64,000 bases of DNA from Octopus vulgaris (taxonomy: Eukaryota): NCBI GenBank assembly GCA_951406725.2, contig OX597827.1, positions 29,078,001 through 29,142,000 of the forward strand, written 5' to 3'. This document shows positions 10,980 through 25,069 of this stretch, in pieces. Made by a program: the position numbers and the translations under genes. Numbering within the stretch: the first letter of the stretch is position 1; each line of letters starts with the position of its first letter. The notes under the pieces were generated by a model. The model saw nothing but the letters and a program-made list of their open reading frames with translations. It was not told the DNA's origin and did no database searches.

Positions 10980-12480
10980 ACACTTCTTAAAAACCTCTGG
11001 ACCTTCGACCCAACCCCCAACCTGACACCTCTACACTTCTTCGTCTGACCGAATTATACGGTCGTTATATTGATGATTGTATCGGTGCAACCTCACTCTC
11101 CCACGAGCAACTAGACTCCTTCATCTATTTTGTCCAATCCTTCCATCCTGAGAGAGAGAGAAAAAGAGAGGGAGAAAGTGGAAGAGAGAGAGAGAAAAAG
11201 AAAGAGAGAGAGAGTTCAGCAAGGACAGGATAATTTTCGTTTACTCCGTCTGATTCGTGCGCGTCACATTTTTGGTAGCAGTATGGAGTCACATGCTCCA
11301 TCATGTTTGATAGTTGACTAATTCTTGTTGCATAGTCATTTTTTTCACATGCCTTCGGGAAACAGAGATCTAAGGACAACAGAATACACCAACAATCCTG
11401 CCTGTAAATTCTCCAACACTATTTCCGACACTTCCAACGCATTTCTCGACATTTCTCTCAGCATATACCACTCCGCTCTCACTACCTCCATCCACTACAA
11501 ACACACCGACTCATACTCCTACCTTAACTTCTCCTACTCCTACCCTATCCACACCAAGCTCTCCATCTCCTACTCCCAATTCCTCCGTCTGTGCAGGCTC
11601 TGCAATGACAACTATGATTTTGAGACTCAGCCACAACACATGGCGCGCCAATTCATCCTTCCTCAACACCCCTCACCACTATCCATACAGCCTTTGCCAA
11701 GGTACGTTCCGAGGACTGGACTCTGCCTCTACTCTCCCTCCCCGCATCTGCCTCGCCATTGCCCGTTTCCCCTCACCTACCTCACTTCCACCCTGCCCCT
11801 CCAACATATCATTCTCTGAGCCTTCTAGCGAGTCCAGTCAGGCCCACTACCTCGCACATCTTCCCCAACCTACCTCTTCATCTGATACCAACTTCCTCTC
11901 TTCACTCCTACCCACCTTCTCTCTTCATTGATACCACCCCATCATAACCCACCTCTACCCCACCCCACAACACACACACACCCTACCCCACACCACAGCA
12001 CACCACATTCCATACCACACCACACCCCACAGCACCACACCACATCACATTAACACTAACCACTTTCCAGCACTCACACCACACACCACAATCCGCACAC
12101 CCACACACCATCATCCACACACCCATACGTTACTGACGCGCACACACACGCGCACATCCACAAACGTCAAAGTCACTAGTCTCAGCCCAGACACATACTT
12201 ACACAGTCACAAACACACACACACGTACGCAAACGCACGTTCGTTTTGATATTACCAATACTTTATTATCTCTCTTTCATTCAACCTCTTCTGTCAAACA
12301 TTTTTGCTAAATCCACAAGTTTTTTTTTATTCTCTCTCTGTTTATTTTCTCTTATTCCTTTCTGTTGAAGAGCGTAGGTTTGAAACGTAAAACGTTTTTT
12401 CTTTTCCCGAGCGTCAAACTAATACACCTGATTGTTGTTTATACACCTGTCTTCGTCTTTTGTTTTTCTACAAATATCAA
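10980..12480 (+). mobile_element. Decayed Penelope-like element (RT fragment plus 3' repeat)
   Basis: RYIDDCIGATSLSHEQLDSFIYFVQSFHP /insert/ ACKFSNTISDTSNAFLDISL..TTSIHYKHTDSYSYLNF..SISYSQFLRLCRLC; HHR-like motif at 12357-12394. Confidence 0.75.
11151..11394 (-). mobile_element. Short (CT)n-tailed interspersed element, copy 1, with 6-bp TSD ATCCTG
   Basis: ATCCTG at 11145-11150 and 11395-11400; interrupts the PLE RT frame; homologous to 15777-15984. Confidence 0.85.
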
Positions 12481-12610
12481 CTATATAAATGTGTGTGTGT
12501 GTGCGTATGTATGTTTATACTTACATATATACTGATATGTGTAAGTATTTCTGTTAGGTTTTGTACATGAGTACAAACGGAATCCACCGCACCCACCTGC
12601 ATATCTACCA

Positions 12611-12829
12611 ACGAAGGGGTGCTGAAAACTTCCTGGCTTTGTATAAAAGAAAATAGAAGAGTATTAGTCAATTATGATTTTATTGAACATATTTCCCTCT
12701 CAGATTCACACACGTATTGCAACGGTCCTTCAGTTTTTCTAAACTCTGTGAAAGAACTCAAAAATTCGGGCCTCTAACCAGGATTTTCGCAAACCCTTAA
12801 AGCCAGGGACTTTTCTGCACCCCTTTGTA
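12611..12829. mobile_element. mariner-type MITE
   Basis: TIRs ACGAAGGGGTGCTGAAAACTTCCTGGCTTT / AAAGCCAGGGACTTTTCTGCACCCCTTTGTA; relatives at ~14620-14778, ~52450-52580 and 60870-61080. Confidence 0.8.
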
Positions 12830-13591
12830 TATATCTATGTACACATATGTGCGCGTGCATGTGTGCGTGTGCATGTGTTTTGTATGAGTGTGCGTGTGTT
12901 TGAGGGCAACTAGTTGCTAAACAATGAGGTTTATTAGTCGAACTAGCAATTAAAATTTGTTGATATATATAGAAATCATTTCATTGGATTCGCAGAGGAA
13001 CTTAGCAATAGTGACTTTATAAACAATAAATGATCGTGCTTGAACACTGATGATATCTCATAGTAAGGGTTGAAACTAGCCCGGCTGATCCCTTTCTACT
13101 ATCAATGAAGATAATATATAAAAGAAACACAGACACATAGGCAGACATATATTCATGCATACATATATGCATACATATATGCATACATACATGCATACAT
13201 ACATACATATATTGTTGCCAAAATCTTTAGATTTATTCAACATCATATCATCATGTCAAGGCACAGTTAATGTAAAAGCAATATATTTATGGAAGAATTA
13301 GCGACCAATAATTCGTTAATTTATGCAAATCGGTATATTTGACTTACTGAAGCACTTAGTAAAAGTTAGTCTATAAGTAATATTTCAGTCGACAGTCAGC
13401 GAAGGTCCTCTGCCTTTGCACAGCTTATGCATGTACGTATGTACATACGTATGTATGCATATATGTATGTATGCATGTATGTATGCATGTAGTATGCTTG
13501 TATGTATGCATGCATGTATGCATGCATATATGTGTGTATGTATGTGGGTATTTATATATGGTGTTTTGATGGATATGTGGACGGATGTATA

Positions 13592-13630
<39 letters not shown>

Positions 13631-13806
13631 GAGTGTATTTTTACCTTGTTAACAATTAACACGGAGAAAATAAATAAATAGTTACCAGGGTAGCAAAAAT
13701 CTCACAAGTAAAGATGTTGTAACTCCTTGTTTATAAAAGTAGAAACTTCGTGTTTACGTTGAATACTTTTTGCTAAAATGTCTTATTGACAAGTTTCGCT
13801 TTTTTC

Positions 13807-13892
13807 ACTTTCCTGAGGAGAAGATTGCATTGTTTATACTATTTATTATTTTGAATGGTATCAGTGGAATTTTCGAAACATGTGTCGAAAGT
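13807..13892 (+). ncRNA. Type I hammerhead ribozyme with extended stem II and palindromic stem III
   Basis: ACTTTC-CTGAGGA-GAAGATT...AATTTTC-GAAAC-ATGT-GTC-GAAAGT. Confidence 0.75.
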
Positions 13893-13933
13893 AAAAATAT
13901 TTGATTACACCTGCGTTAAACTCCATTTATTTA

Positions 13934-13980
<47 letters not shown>

Positions 13981-13984
<4 letters not shown>

Positions 13985-14150
13985 AGAGTTTACGAAAAAA
14001 ACAAAACACGAAGAGAGGTGGTGTGTACAAAAGAAACAGATGTATTAGTATAACGCTCAGGAATAGGAAAAGTCTTTTACGTTTGGAGCCTACGCTCTTG
14101 TACAGAAAGGGACACCGAAAAAACAAGGAGAGAAACAAGAAGAGGAAAAA
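13981..14150 (-). mobile_element. PLE 3'-repeat (pLTR-like) fragment, same family as ~12340-12480 and ~40000-40150
   Basis: Shared CTTTCTGT..AAGAGCGTAGGCTC.AAACGTAAAAGAC..GAGCGT..ACTAATAC; ends in (TA)n. Confidence 0.65.
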
Positions 14151-14422
14151 CCAGCCGCTCTCAGGACTGCCTCCAAGTATCGATGGTCTACCCTATCGAA
14201 AGCTTTCGATTGATCTAAATTGATCAGGGCCCCACCCATGCCAGGTTCCTTAACATACTCTGTCCATGATGTAGCGCATCAGATGGAGGTTGTCATGGAT
14301 ACTCCGGCCCGGCACGGCGCACGTTTGCGCCTTGTCGACCAGTTTCTCGATGACAAGCGCCAACCTCTTGGCTAACACTTTGGTCAAAATTTTCAGGTCT
14401 GCATTGAGCAGAGTGATGGGCA
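14150..14422 (-). pseudogene. L1/Tx1-clade LINE RT fragment
   Basis: PITLLNADLKILTKVLAKRL..QTCAVPGRSIHDNL..*..LINLDQSKAFDRVDHRYL. Confidence 0.85.
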
Positions 14423-14424
14423 TG

Positions 14425-14501
<77 letters not shown>

Positions 14502-14979
14502 GAAGGTACATATTTTTATATAACATATATGTGGAATCTTTGGGGGAGGGGCGATTGTGTCTCGAAGATACAAACAGTAGCTGTAAACAAACAATAGTTG
14601 TAAATGTACTTTGGGAGCCAACCCCCTGATTTATTCCACATTCCCCCGATAGTTCATGGATTCGTATGACATCAACACCTTAGTTTTTCTAAACCCTGTA
14701 AACGAACTCGAAAGTTTGGACCTCCAACCAGGCCTTTCGCAAGCCCTTAAAGCCAGGGACTTTTCTGCACCCTCTCGTGTATATCTATGTACACATATGT
14801 GCGCGTACGTACGTGCGTGCGTGCGTGTGTGTTCTGCTTGATTTTGTACCCGCCACTACTTGACAACTGGTGTTGGTGTGTGTGCGTATGTGTGCGTGTA
14901 TAAATATGCGAGTATTTATTGGAAATGTTGCTTTAATAATTAAATTGAGAGAAAAATTCACACAAATGCTTCATAGTAT

Positions 14980-15690
14980 GTTTCTTTATTGGCCACACAG
15001 CTCTGAACCAGCCGTCAGATCTACGTTGGTTCATATATTTTCCTGTGAAATTATTAATTTTCTTAATAATTTCAGAGGGGACAAAAGAAGAGAAAAAAAA
15101 GTGGGTCGAATTTCGATCAAAAGGTATCGTGGAAAAAAAAGCCGATCAATTGAGATCGTGTATCACAGAAATATCAATGTAAAAAGGGAAAACAGATTAG
15201 GCTTACCCGTGGAAAGAAAAGCCTACTGAAAAGAGCACGGTAACCTTGGGCAATAATATCATGCAAAAACATTACAGTATGTGACTCTCTTTTTTCCTTT
15301 CCTTTTCTGGTTCATAGAATTATGCTGAAGCTTGCTCCGTCATTCACACATGCCATCCTTGCTACATTTACACATCTTTTTTTGAAACATTCACTAGACA
15401 AAACTTCCCTCTCTACTCTCACCTTCCTCTTCAAGTGATACTTGAAGAAGTTGATGAGAGATTGACCAGTGAGGAAAGTGTTTATCTCTAGACCTTTCAG
15501 TCGCATCCACCCTACATATTATTTTGCCATAGACACAAATACGATGGAAATGGCTCTTCCTTCCCGTTTCAAGGAAGGAGGCACAACAATATTGACGATA
15601 GACTCGGTTGATAAACCGACTCGGCCCGCACGCGATAGTAGTCGTTCGACATTGGCTCACAGGTCGGAAATGGTTGGACACAGTACAAGT
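14980..15690 (-). mobile_element. L1/Tx1-like LINE 3' fragment (ORF2 C-terminus + 3' UTR)
   Basis: Frameshifted C-terminal peptide ..WMRLKGL..FFKYHLKRKVRVERE..; 3' UTR ending near AATAAAG. Confidence 0.55.
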
Positions 15691-15776
15691 TAAGAATTAA
15701 TCTTCGTCACTGTTAATAAGCAGAATTTTATAAAACATAACCCAAAGAAAGAACACACGCAAGTCAAACACAATTC

Positions 15777-15984
15777 TGTTGATGTATTCTGTTGTCCTTA
15801 GATCTCTGTATCCCAAAGCCATATGAAGGAAATGACTATGAGACAAGAATTAGTCAACTATCAAACATGATGGAACATGTGACTCCATACCGCCACCAAA
15901 AATGTGACGCGCACGAATCAGATGGAGTAAACGAAAATTATCCTGTCCTTGCTGAACTCTCGCTCTCTCGTTCTCTCTCTCTCT
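15777..15984 (+). mobile_element. Short (CT)n-tailed interspersed element, copy 2
   Basis: Same 5' start TGTTGRTGTATTCTGTTGTCCTTAGATCTCTG and same body as 11151-11394. Confidence 0.8.
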
Positions 15985-16053
15985 ATTTATCTTTCTTACA
16001 AGTTTAATATTTCTAAAAAAATCGAGTGTGAAATTGAAGCTATCTGCAGGAGA

Positions 16054-16319
16054 ATACATACATACATACATACATACATACATACATTCATGCACATACA
16101 CACTCACATACATACATACGTACATACATACATACATACATACATACATACATACATACATACATGCATGCATGCATGCATGCATGCATGCATACATACA
16201 TACATACATACATACATACATGCATGCATGCATGCATGCATGCATGCATGCATGCATACATACATACATACATACATACATACATACATACATACATACA
16301 TACATACATACATACATAC
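16054..16319. repeat. (ATAC)n/(ATGC)n compound microsatellite
   Basis: Direct reading. Confidence 0.95.
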
Positions 16320-16443
16320 CTATATGTGTGTCTCTGTGCGTGCATGTGTCTCTGTCTGTAAGTCTTCAAACATATTTTTCGAAGAAAATATAGTTCATGT
16401 AGTTTCAGACATACAATATCAAAAGACCTTAATGTAATATATG

Positions 16444-16494
<51 letters not shown>

Positions 16495-16857
16495 GCATAC
16501 GTACACACATATTCACATAAATTCATTGTCTATTGAGTCACTTATATGCATATGCATATATTGCAGAGTTTTAAAAAAATTGATACTAAACATAGGAAAT
16601 TTGTAAAATACATAAATATTTCAATAAATATATAAAAATATGAAGTTGGTACCATTTTCTTTGTAATTCTAACATTCTTCTAAGTTTTTCAACAAAAAAA
16701 AAATGATTCTTTATTCGATATATTTGCCCGCAGAAATATTGAAGAAAATTCTTAAACAATGTCGCTATTTGAAATCATAATTTTATTTCCGTTATTAATG
16801 TTTACTTACTCTATGATTCTTAACGAATCAGTTATATTAAAAAAAATGTCTTGTTGT

Positions 16858-17050
<193 letters not shown>

Positions 17051-18544
17051 GCTTCATGTTTATCTGTTGTTGGTGATATTTGATATTTCCACCTCGACTA
17101 TAATATAATTAATAATGCGTGATTCTGAAGAAGGCAATACGGAAAAGAATCAATAAAGGAAAGCTGATAATATCAAAGCGTCCAACGTTTTTGTGTGTTT
17201 GTTTTTGTGTTGTAGTAGTTATAATGGGCTTGCTTGTTTACAAACAAAATTATTGCTATTCGAGATATCTTGTATTACGATATCTTTTGATCTCATATTG
17301 CGCATTGTATCGACATATGTGAACACACACATATGAATGGAGAAAAACAATTGTGTACCCATACACCTATAAGTAAATACACAAAGATATATTCCTTACG
17401 CACTAAGCTTGAGGGAACTTTTTTAAGACAGACATCATTAGAGATTCGTGATTTTGTGACTTTCAAAAGAGTTTATATGTGTAACTTGATTACAATACAG
17501 GAATATCTTGTTTAGGCAACAACCGCGGATCGAATAAAAAGGCTTCAACTAATTATCGAACACATAGCGCTCCAGAATATATTTAGACTCCCACGTAGTT
17601 AAAACGTGTCTCTTCCTGTGAGGTAAACATTTCTCAAGCACACATAAATACCACAATCACTTTGATGGGGACAACGTTAAAATTAGCTACAAGTGCATGC
17701 ATAGCATCACTTAGAAAATAACACATCACACTCTAGCTCACTTACATAATGAAACCCAGTTCACCAAATATGTTCAAGTGGAGAGTCATCCATATTTACC
17801 TAGGTAAATGACCATGCTTCCTCAATGTAGCGGTGTAGCAAATAATTTCCTTCAATACCGTTACCTAATGATTTTACTGAAGTAAATTTACACTGGACGT
17901 ACAGAAGATACCCCAGAATCAGCGAAACTAGCATATGCATTCACTGAAACTACTGACGTTTGAAACTAACAGCAGCCGATTTCCGATCCTGTTGGTATGG
18001 AGAACAGTGGTTGGCTATTGATCATTGGAGTGACAGGAAAACAAAGAAAAACAGCTGCTGGCAAGATAGGTATGAAAAAAGAAAGAGTCTGCTGCGACCA
18101 TGATGCAAAAGAGAGGAACTACACTTTAAACCTGCAGTTGGAGACGGTCTGTGATTTCATCACTAATGCCGACCTCTTAGGTGAGGAAGAGATGCTTTAA
18201 GGTTCCAGATTGAATTCTTAACGCATGAGCCTTTCCTCATCAAGGATGCATCTTGTTTACATATAATTATTCTCATTAATTCTGCTTCTCCGTCTCATAG
18301 AATGATGGAAGCAAAAGCACCCTTAGAATGTGGACCCATGTGGATTCAGCAAAGAACACAGGATATGTACTTCATGGTTACGTGACAAACTCCGTATTCA
18401 GGAGCACGCAAATTACTGAATAAAGATCCGATATTGTATTTTACACGGATCTGTCTCACACTCCAGAATCAGCAAGCTTAGTCTCCTTTGTTATATGCGA
18501 CTTCACTATAGCCCCTTCTCATCTCCTATTTTGTCGCCCTTTTG

Positions 18545-18765
18545 AAGTCTAGCCAGGCTAATGGGCCCGGTTTCCCGGGTTCTGTGGCGTATGTGTCCCC
18601 CCTACGTGGACGGGACGCCAGTCCATCGCAGCGTTACTCAAGAAACAGGAACAGAGAGTGAGAGAAAGTTGTGGCGAAAGAGTACAACATGGGTCGCCAC
18701 CGCGAATCGAAACTGCGATCCTCCGACCGCGAGTTCGCTGCCCTAACCATTGCGCCTCCACTCTC
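18545..18765 (-). mobile_element. tRNA-type SINE, related to part of 59180-59540
   Basis: Minus-strand head GGAGGCGCAATGGTTAGGGCAGCGAACTCGCGGTCGGAGGATCGCAGTTTCGATTC; shared CACCACAACTTTCTCTCA-like block. Confidence 0.65.
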
Positions 18766-19258
18766 ATCTTCTAGCCTTCTCTAATAGCATTCGTTCGCAC
18801 TATTACAGAACCAGTACAAAATAGTGCCCCCGAAGCATCCTGTGGAACTCTTCTAGCTTACAACTGCCTGCAATTATAAATCAAGCTAACCGGTCCTGTA
18901 TATGAGGCATACAAATTCTTCTCATTAGCGTTAGAAATAATCAGCAGCATCTCTCTATCACTCTCTCTTTTTCTCTTTCTATTCCTCTCATCCTCTTTAT
19001 TTCTCTCTCACTCTCCCCTCCCTTTCTCTTTCTCTCTCACTATATCTCATTATCTCTCACTCTCTCTCTCCCTCTCTAAATATAGTATATACATTTATAA
19101 AGCACATACCTATTACACGTATATGTAATGTATACGTCTAAATACATATATATGTATATATAGAAATGATACACACACACATATTTATACATATATATAT
19201 ATATCTTTACTCTTTTACTCTTTTACTTGCTTCAGTCATTTGACTGCGGCCATGCTGG

Positions 19259-20555
19259 AGCTCCCATTCTTGGATATACTAATTAAAAAAATTAACCTTA
19301 AAATAAAAACAGACATTTTTTACAAAGCCACAGACGCCAAACAATACCTTCTTTTTAATTCATGCCACCCAAGACACACTAAAACAAACATCCCCTTCAA
19401 CCTTGCAAGAAGGATATGCACAATAGTGTCAGAACAAAATACCAGGGACTTTAGACTGCAAGAACTCAAAAACACCCTAATTGACAGACATTACCCAGCT
19501 CAACTCATAGAGGATGGGATCAGACGTGCAACAGAAATCAACATAGAAACTTTAAGAAAAGTTCAACACAACAACACACCTTCCCCGAAAATACTACCTT
19601 ACATATCTACATACAACCCCAGAAACAAAGAAGCCTTCACCATCATCACCCAGAATTTACCAATACTTCATAAGGACCCCAAATTAAAGGAAATTCTAAA
19701 CATACACCAAATCATTAAAAGCTACAAACAACCTAAATCACTTAAAAAGATTCTCACAAAGGCAAAATTGTTTTCTGAAATTACGGATGCAAAAGTAAAA
19801 AAATGTGGTAGATCGAACTGTGCAACATGTCCAAACCTGCTAGAATGATCAGAATTCCTCTTCAAAGAGGGACAGAAATTCAAGATCAAATCTAATTTTA
19901 CTTGTGCCTCTGAAAACATAATTTATGTCATAAAATGCTCGGGCTGCCACCAAGACTACGTGGGATCCACGGGACTATCACTCAGACGTAGATGCACACT
20001 GCATCGACAACAGATTGCATTCCCAGAATACAGAATGATACCTTTTAGTGAGCACATTGAGAAATGCGCAAAGCAACTACTACCACAATTTTTAATCTTT
20101 CCATTTTACCAATGTGCTATCGGATCATCAACACAAATTAGACTAAACAAGGAAACATTCTTCATTGAAAAGTACAAGCCCAGACTTAACCATTCCAACA
20201 TACTTATACAGAGAAATTCACCCCAAAGAAAAGGAAAAAAAATTTAAGCGATTATCTCCCTTACACCGGAAGAAATCACTTATTACCTCCCCTTATTTAG
20301 AACTCTTTTCAACATAAACATAACGATAACTCCTCTCAACATAAACATAACGACGTAAGAAATTTGAAAAGCTAAACGCGAAACCGGTCTTTCTTCTAAA
20401 CTATGTCATTGTAGGAAAAAAATTTATAATATTCTTCAGACATATTGACTTAAATATATATTCTTTAACCTTTTAAAACAAGCCTTCTGTAGCTTTTTCA
20501 CTTTTTACTATTTTCTATATATTCAACCACGTGCTTTCACAAACCAACATTCTTA
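19259..20555 (+). mobile_element. 5'-truncated Penelope-like element (Neptune-like): RT C-terminus, Cys-rich linker, GIY-YIG endonuclease, 3' repeat with HHR-like motif
   Basis: LPFLDILI..TDIFYKATDAKQYLLFNSCHPRHTKTNIPFNLARRIC; KKCGRSNCATC; after an in-frame TGA (19846-19848) FTCASENIIYVIKCSGCHQDYVGSTG..RRRCTLH..SEHIEKC; flanked by TA repeats. Confidence 0.9.
20357..20395 (+). ncRNA. Minimal hammerhead motif, U3-A8 core variant
   Basis: AAGAAA-T-TTGAAAA-GC-TAAAC-GC-GAAAC-CG-GTC-TTTCTT, about 110 bp downstream of the PLE stop codon. Confidence 0.6.
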
Positions 20556-20557
20556 TC

Positions 20558-20621
<64 letters not shown>

Positions 20622-21777
20622 CACACATATATATATATACACATATATATATAAAACAAACAAACACACACACATTTACACGCGCGGGCATGCACTCGCT
20701 ACCAACAGCAAAATTTGGACATTTTCTTACTGCATTGTTACGTAGTTATGTACAACAGTTGTAAAATGTATTTAGTGTTTTTCAAAATATTTTAACACTC
20801 GTCCATCTGTATTCAATAGAACTTCTTCCATCGTATGTAAACTACAGCAAAATTGGTTCCTTTTTCCATAGTCTGACGTTAACGCTAAAACTATCAGCTT
20901 TTCTTTCTATTTATTTATTATTATTTCTTTTTGTTTTCTTTCTTCTCTTTCTCTTCTATTTTTCTAACACAAATTTGTTTGCAAGATAAATTAAATTTCT
21001 CTCTGAGTCGCGTAACTAATTTAAAAGCGAGATCTAATCTTCGCTCACGCGTTGTTTCCAGAGAGCAGTTTTGTGTTCCTGCTATTCGTCTAATTGTATC
21101 ACTTAACAAATACATGAGTACGTATATGCCGCAGCAGCAATGTAGATTCATATAAACACTGACACATAATGTGTCTGCATATGTATTTGTGCACATGCAC
21201 GCATATAAGACAGTGTGTGTATGTGTCGCGTGCGCGCGTAGTCCACAAATTTCTACTCCAAGTCGTTTCGTTTATAGAGTCAAATTTTCTGTTTGGCACA
21301 CTTTCTCTTGCCACTATATTGAGATAATAAATTTATCAGTTCCTGAATTGAATTTTTACTTCTCTGTAGCCAATTATTCACTCTAGTCCGTTGCTAACTT
21401 ACAGATTATAATCTTTAGAACTGCACGTTTCGAAATAGGAAAAAAAAAATAACGCACACAAAAAAATGGCGCCCATTCAATAACAAATACGTGAGTATTT
21501 GTCATTTTAATGTTCATGTGATCATTTTTAGCTCACAAAAGATAACCAATCTATTCTTTGAATGGTTATTTACTAAGATTATTGTTTCCATCTATTATAG
21601 CAGTGAAAGAGATACGTTCTGCAGAAAATATAAACAAAAAAAAAAAGAAAAAACGAACGATCAAAACAAAACAAAACTATATCAATACAAGTGTAGTTAT
21701 TTTGATATGACATTAAGAAAACATACAGACAAAACGTAGTTCAACACAATTATACAAATACAATACATGCATCTATA

Positions 21778-21832
<55 letters not shown>

Positions 21833-23072
21833 CTATATATATGTGTGTGTGTGTTATACTGCTGATAAAGTTCCATGTTTACCATATAGTAGAGAAAGGA
21901 AAAAGAAAACAATTACCATTTCAAATTATTATCCGCTTCCGTATGGTATTAAGATTTAAAATTAAATTTGTCAAAGAAAGACAAAATGGCGACCAGTGAA
22001 TTAAAATTAAGATGCTAGCTTTATAATGCTTTTCTCGCGAGTTACGAAAATAAAATTCATTGCCTTCAAAATTTCCATGCTAGGGTATTAGAATTTAAGT
22101 ATTTTCGATATTTAAATACTGGCTTAACCTTTGCATAGGGTTAGATATTAATTTAAAGCTAAAGAGGTAATTATGATGGTAGTTCAGCGTATCGTCACTT
22201 GAAACTAAGAAAATAAAACTGTCATAATACGTTTGCACGGTTAAAAATTGCAGGATACTTTGTCAAGTGATAAGTCGAATTTCCCTAAATTACCTCATTA
22301 TTAGATCAATATTGACATTCGAGGAGATGTAGAATGTTTTAGTATCGAAGTACACCGACAGTAAAAGATTCTGAGTAAACCCTCATCCCTCGTGCTGTTA
22401 TGTACAATGAAACTTTGAAGAAAGTATATCTTTTTATAGCACGTATCTCGACAAAATCCTATGCATTACACACCACAACAAGCGGCTTGGAAACTAAACC
22501 AAAAGCGTTATTTAGTAGAGAAAGGCGTTGACAAGAGGTAATTGTGCGGCTCATAAAACTAGGAATGAAAATATACTATGAAAAATATGATTTTCAAATA
22601 TTGCACAAAATTACTACAATGGAACATACAAAACGTTCACACAGAAGACTTGAACATACTCTTCCATCATCAGTTATCGTCCAAAAATCATTACTATTTC
22701 GCGCCTTTAACGATAAGATTCTTCCTTTTGATTGCACAAACAGCAAAGAACTGCTGAGAATAGGAGAGTGAATCTAAGAGACGGTGATGTAAACAAACAA
22801 ATGACACAGATCTTTGGCATATGTATATAAATGTATATGCATACAAATAAAGGTTTTACGGCCGGATGTGAAATGACATGGAGGCAAAAAATTTGTAGAA
22901 GTGATGCTAATGGAAAATATTATATAATACACGAAAAGGAAAATAGAGGAATAGAAGGATAGAAAGTGAGTTGGAAGGCTAGAAGAAATAGAAAGAAAGG
23001 TTGACGAAAAGTGGAAAAATAAGACGAGCCCTGAGTTGAAGTAAATGCGAAGGTCAGCGCCTAGAAAAAGAA

Positions 23073-23954
<882 letters not shown>

Positions 23955-24008
23955 CAATTAAGGACAACTTCTTAAGAAGGAATCTTCGAAAATATTTATG
24001 ATACGTTC

Positions 24009-24057
24009 AGGCTTGCTGAAGAGTACATAAGTACGAAATCACAGGTGATACAAGTCT
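24009..24057 (+). ncRNA. Canonical type I hammerhead ribozyme
   Basis: AGGCTTG-CTGAAGA-GTAC-ATAA-GTAC-GAAA-TCAC-AG-GTGA-TA-CAAGTCT: complete core and three paired stems; predicted cleavage after A24050 (AUA triplet). Confidence 0.88.
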
Positions 24058-24174
24058 ATATTTTTTAAATGTCTTGCTTTGAAAGATTGCATTCGGTGGG
24101 ATTAGTAAAATGTTTTGGTAGAAATGACTTTTTGTCCCTCTTAGCGTGTGGCATCTATGTATAATAATGCCCTC

Positions 24175-25035
<861 letters not shown>

Positions 25036-25069
25036 TTAGATAGATAAACGGATAGACGGATTATCCAGC

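Noticed and set aside
13048-13090. CTGATGA..GAAACTAGC hammerhead-like string
   Set aside because: Lacks the UH cleavage site and a pairing stem I
19846-19848. In-frame TGA in the PLE ORF as possible selenocysteine or readthrough
   Set aside because: It lies outside the Cys motif positions (..CPNLLE*SEF), is most simply a single-base nonsense change, and I recognised no SECIS. Only conservation across copies would revive the idea
22610-22720. Minus-strand GAAAT...CTGATGA with flanking hairpins (a similar arrangement occurs at ~270-345)
   Set aside because: The core elements cannot be assembled into a valid type I, II or III topology
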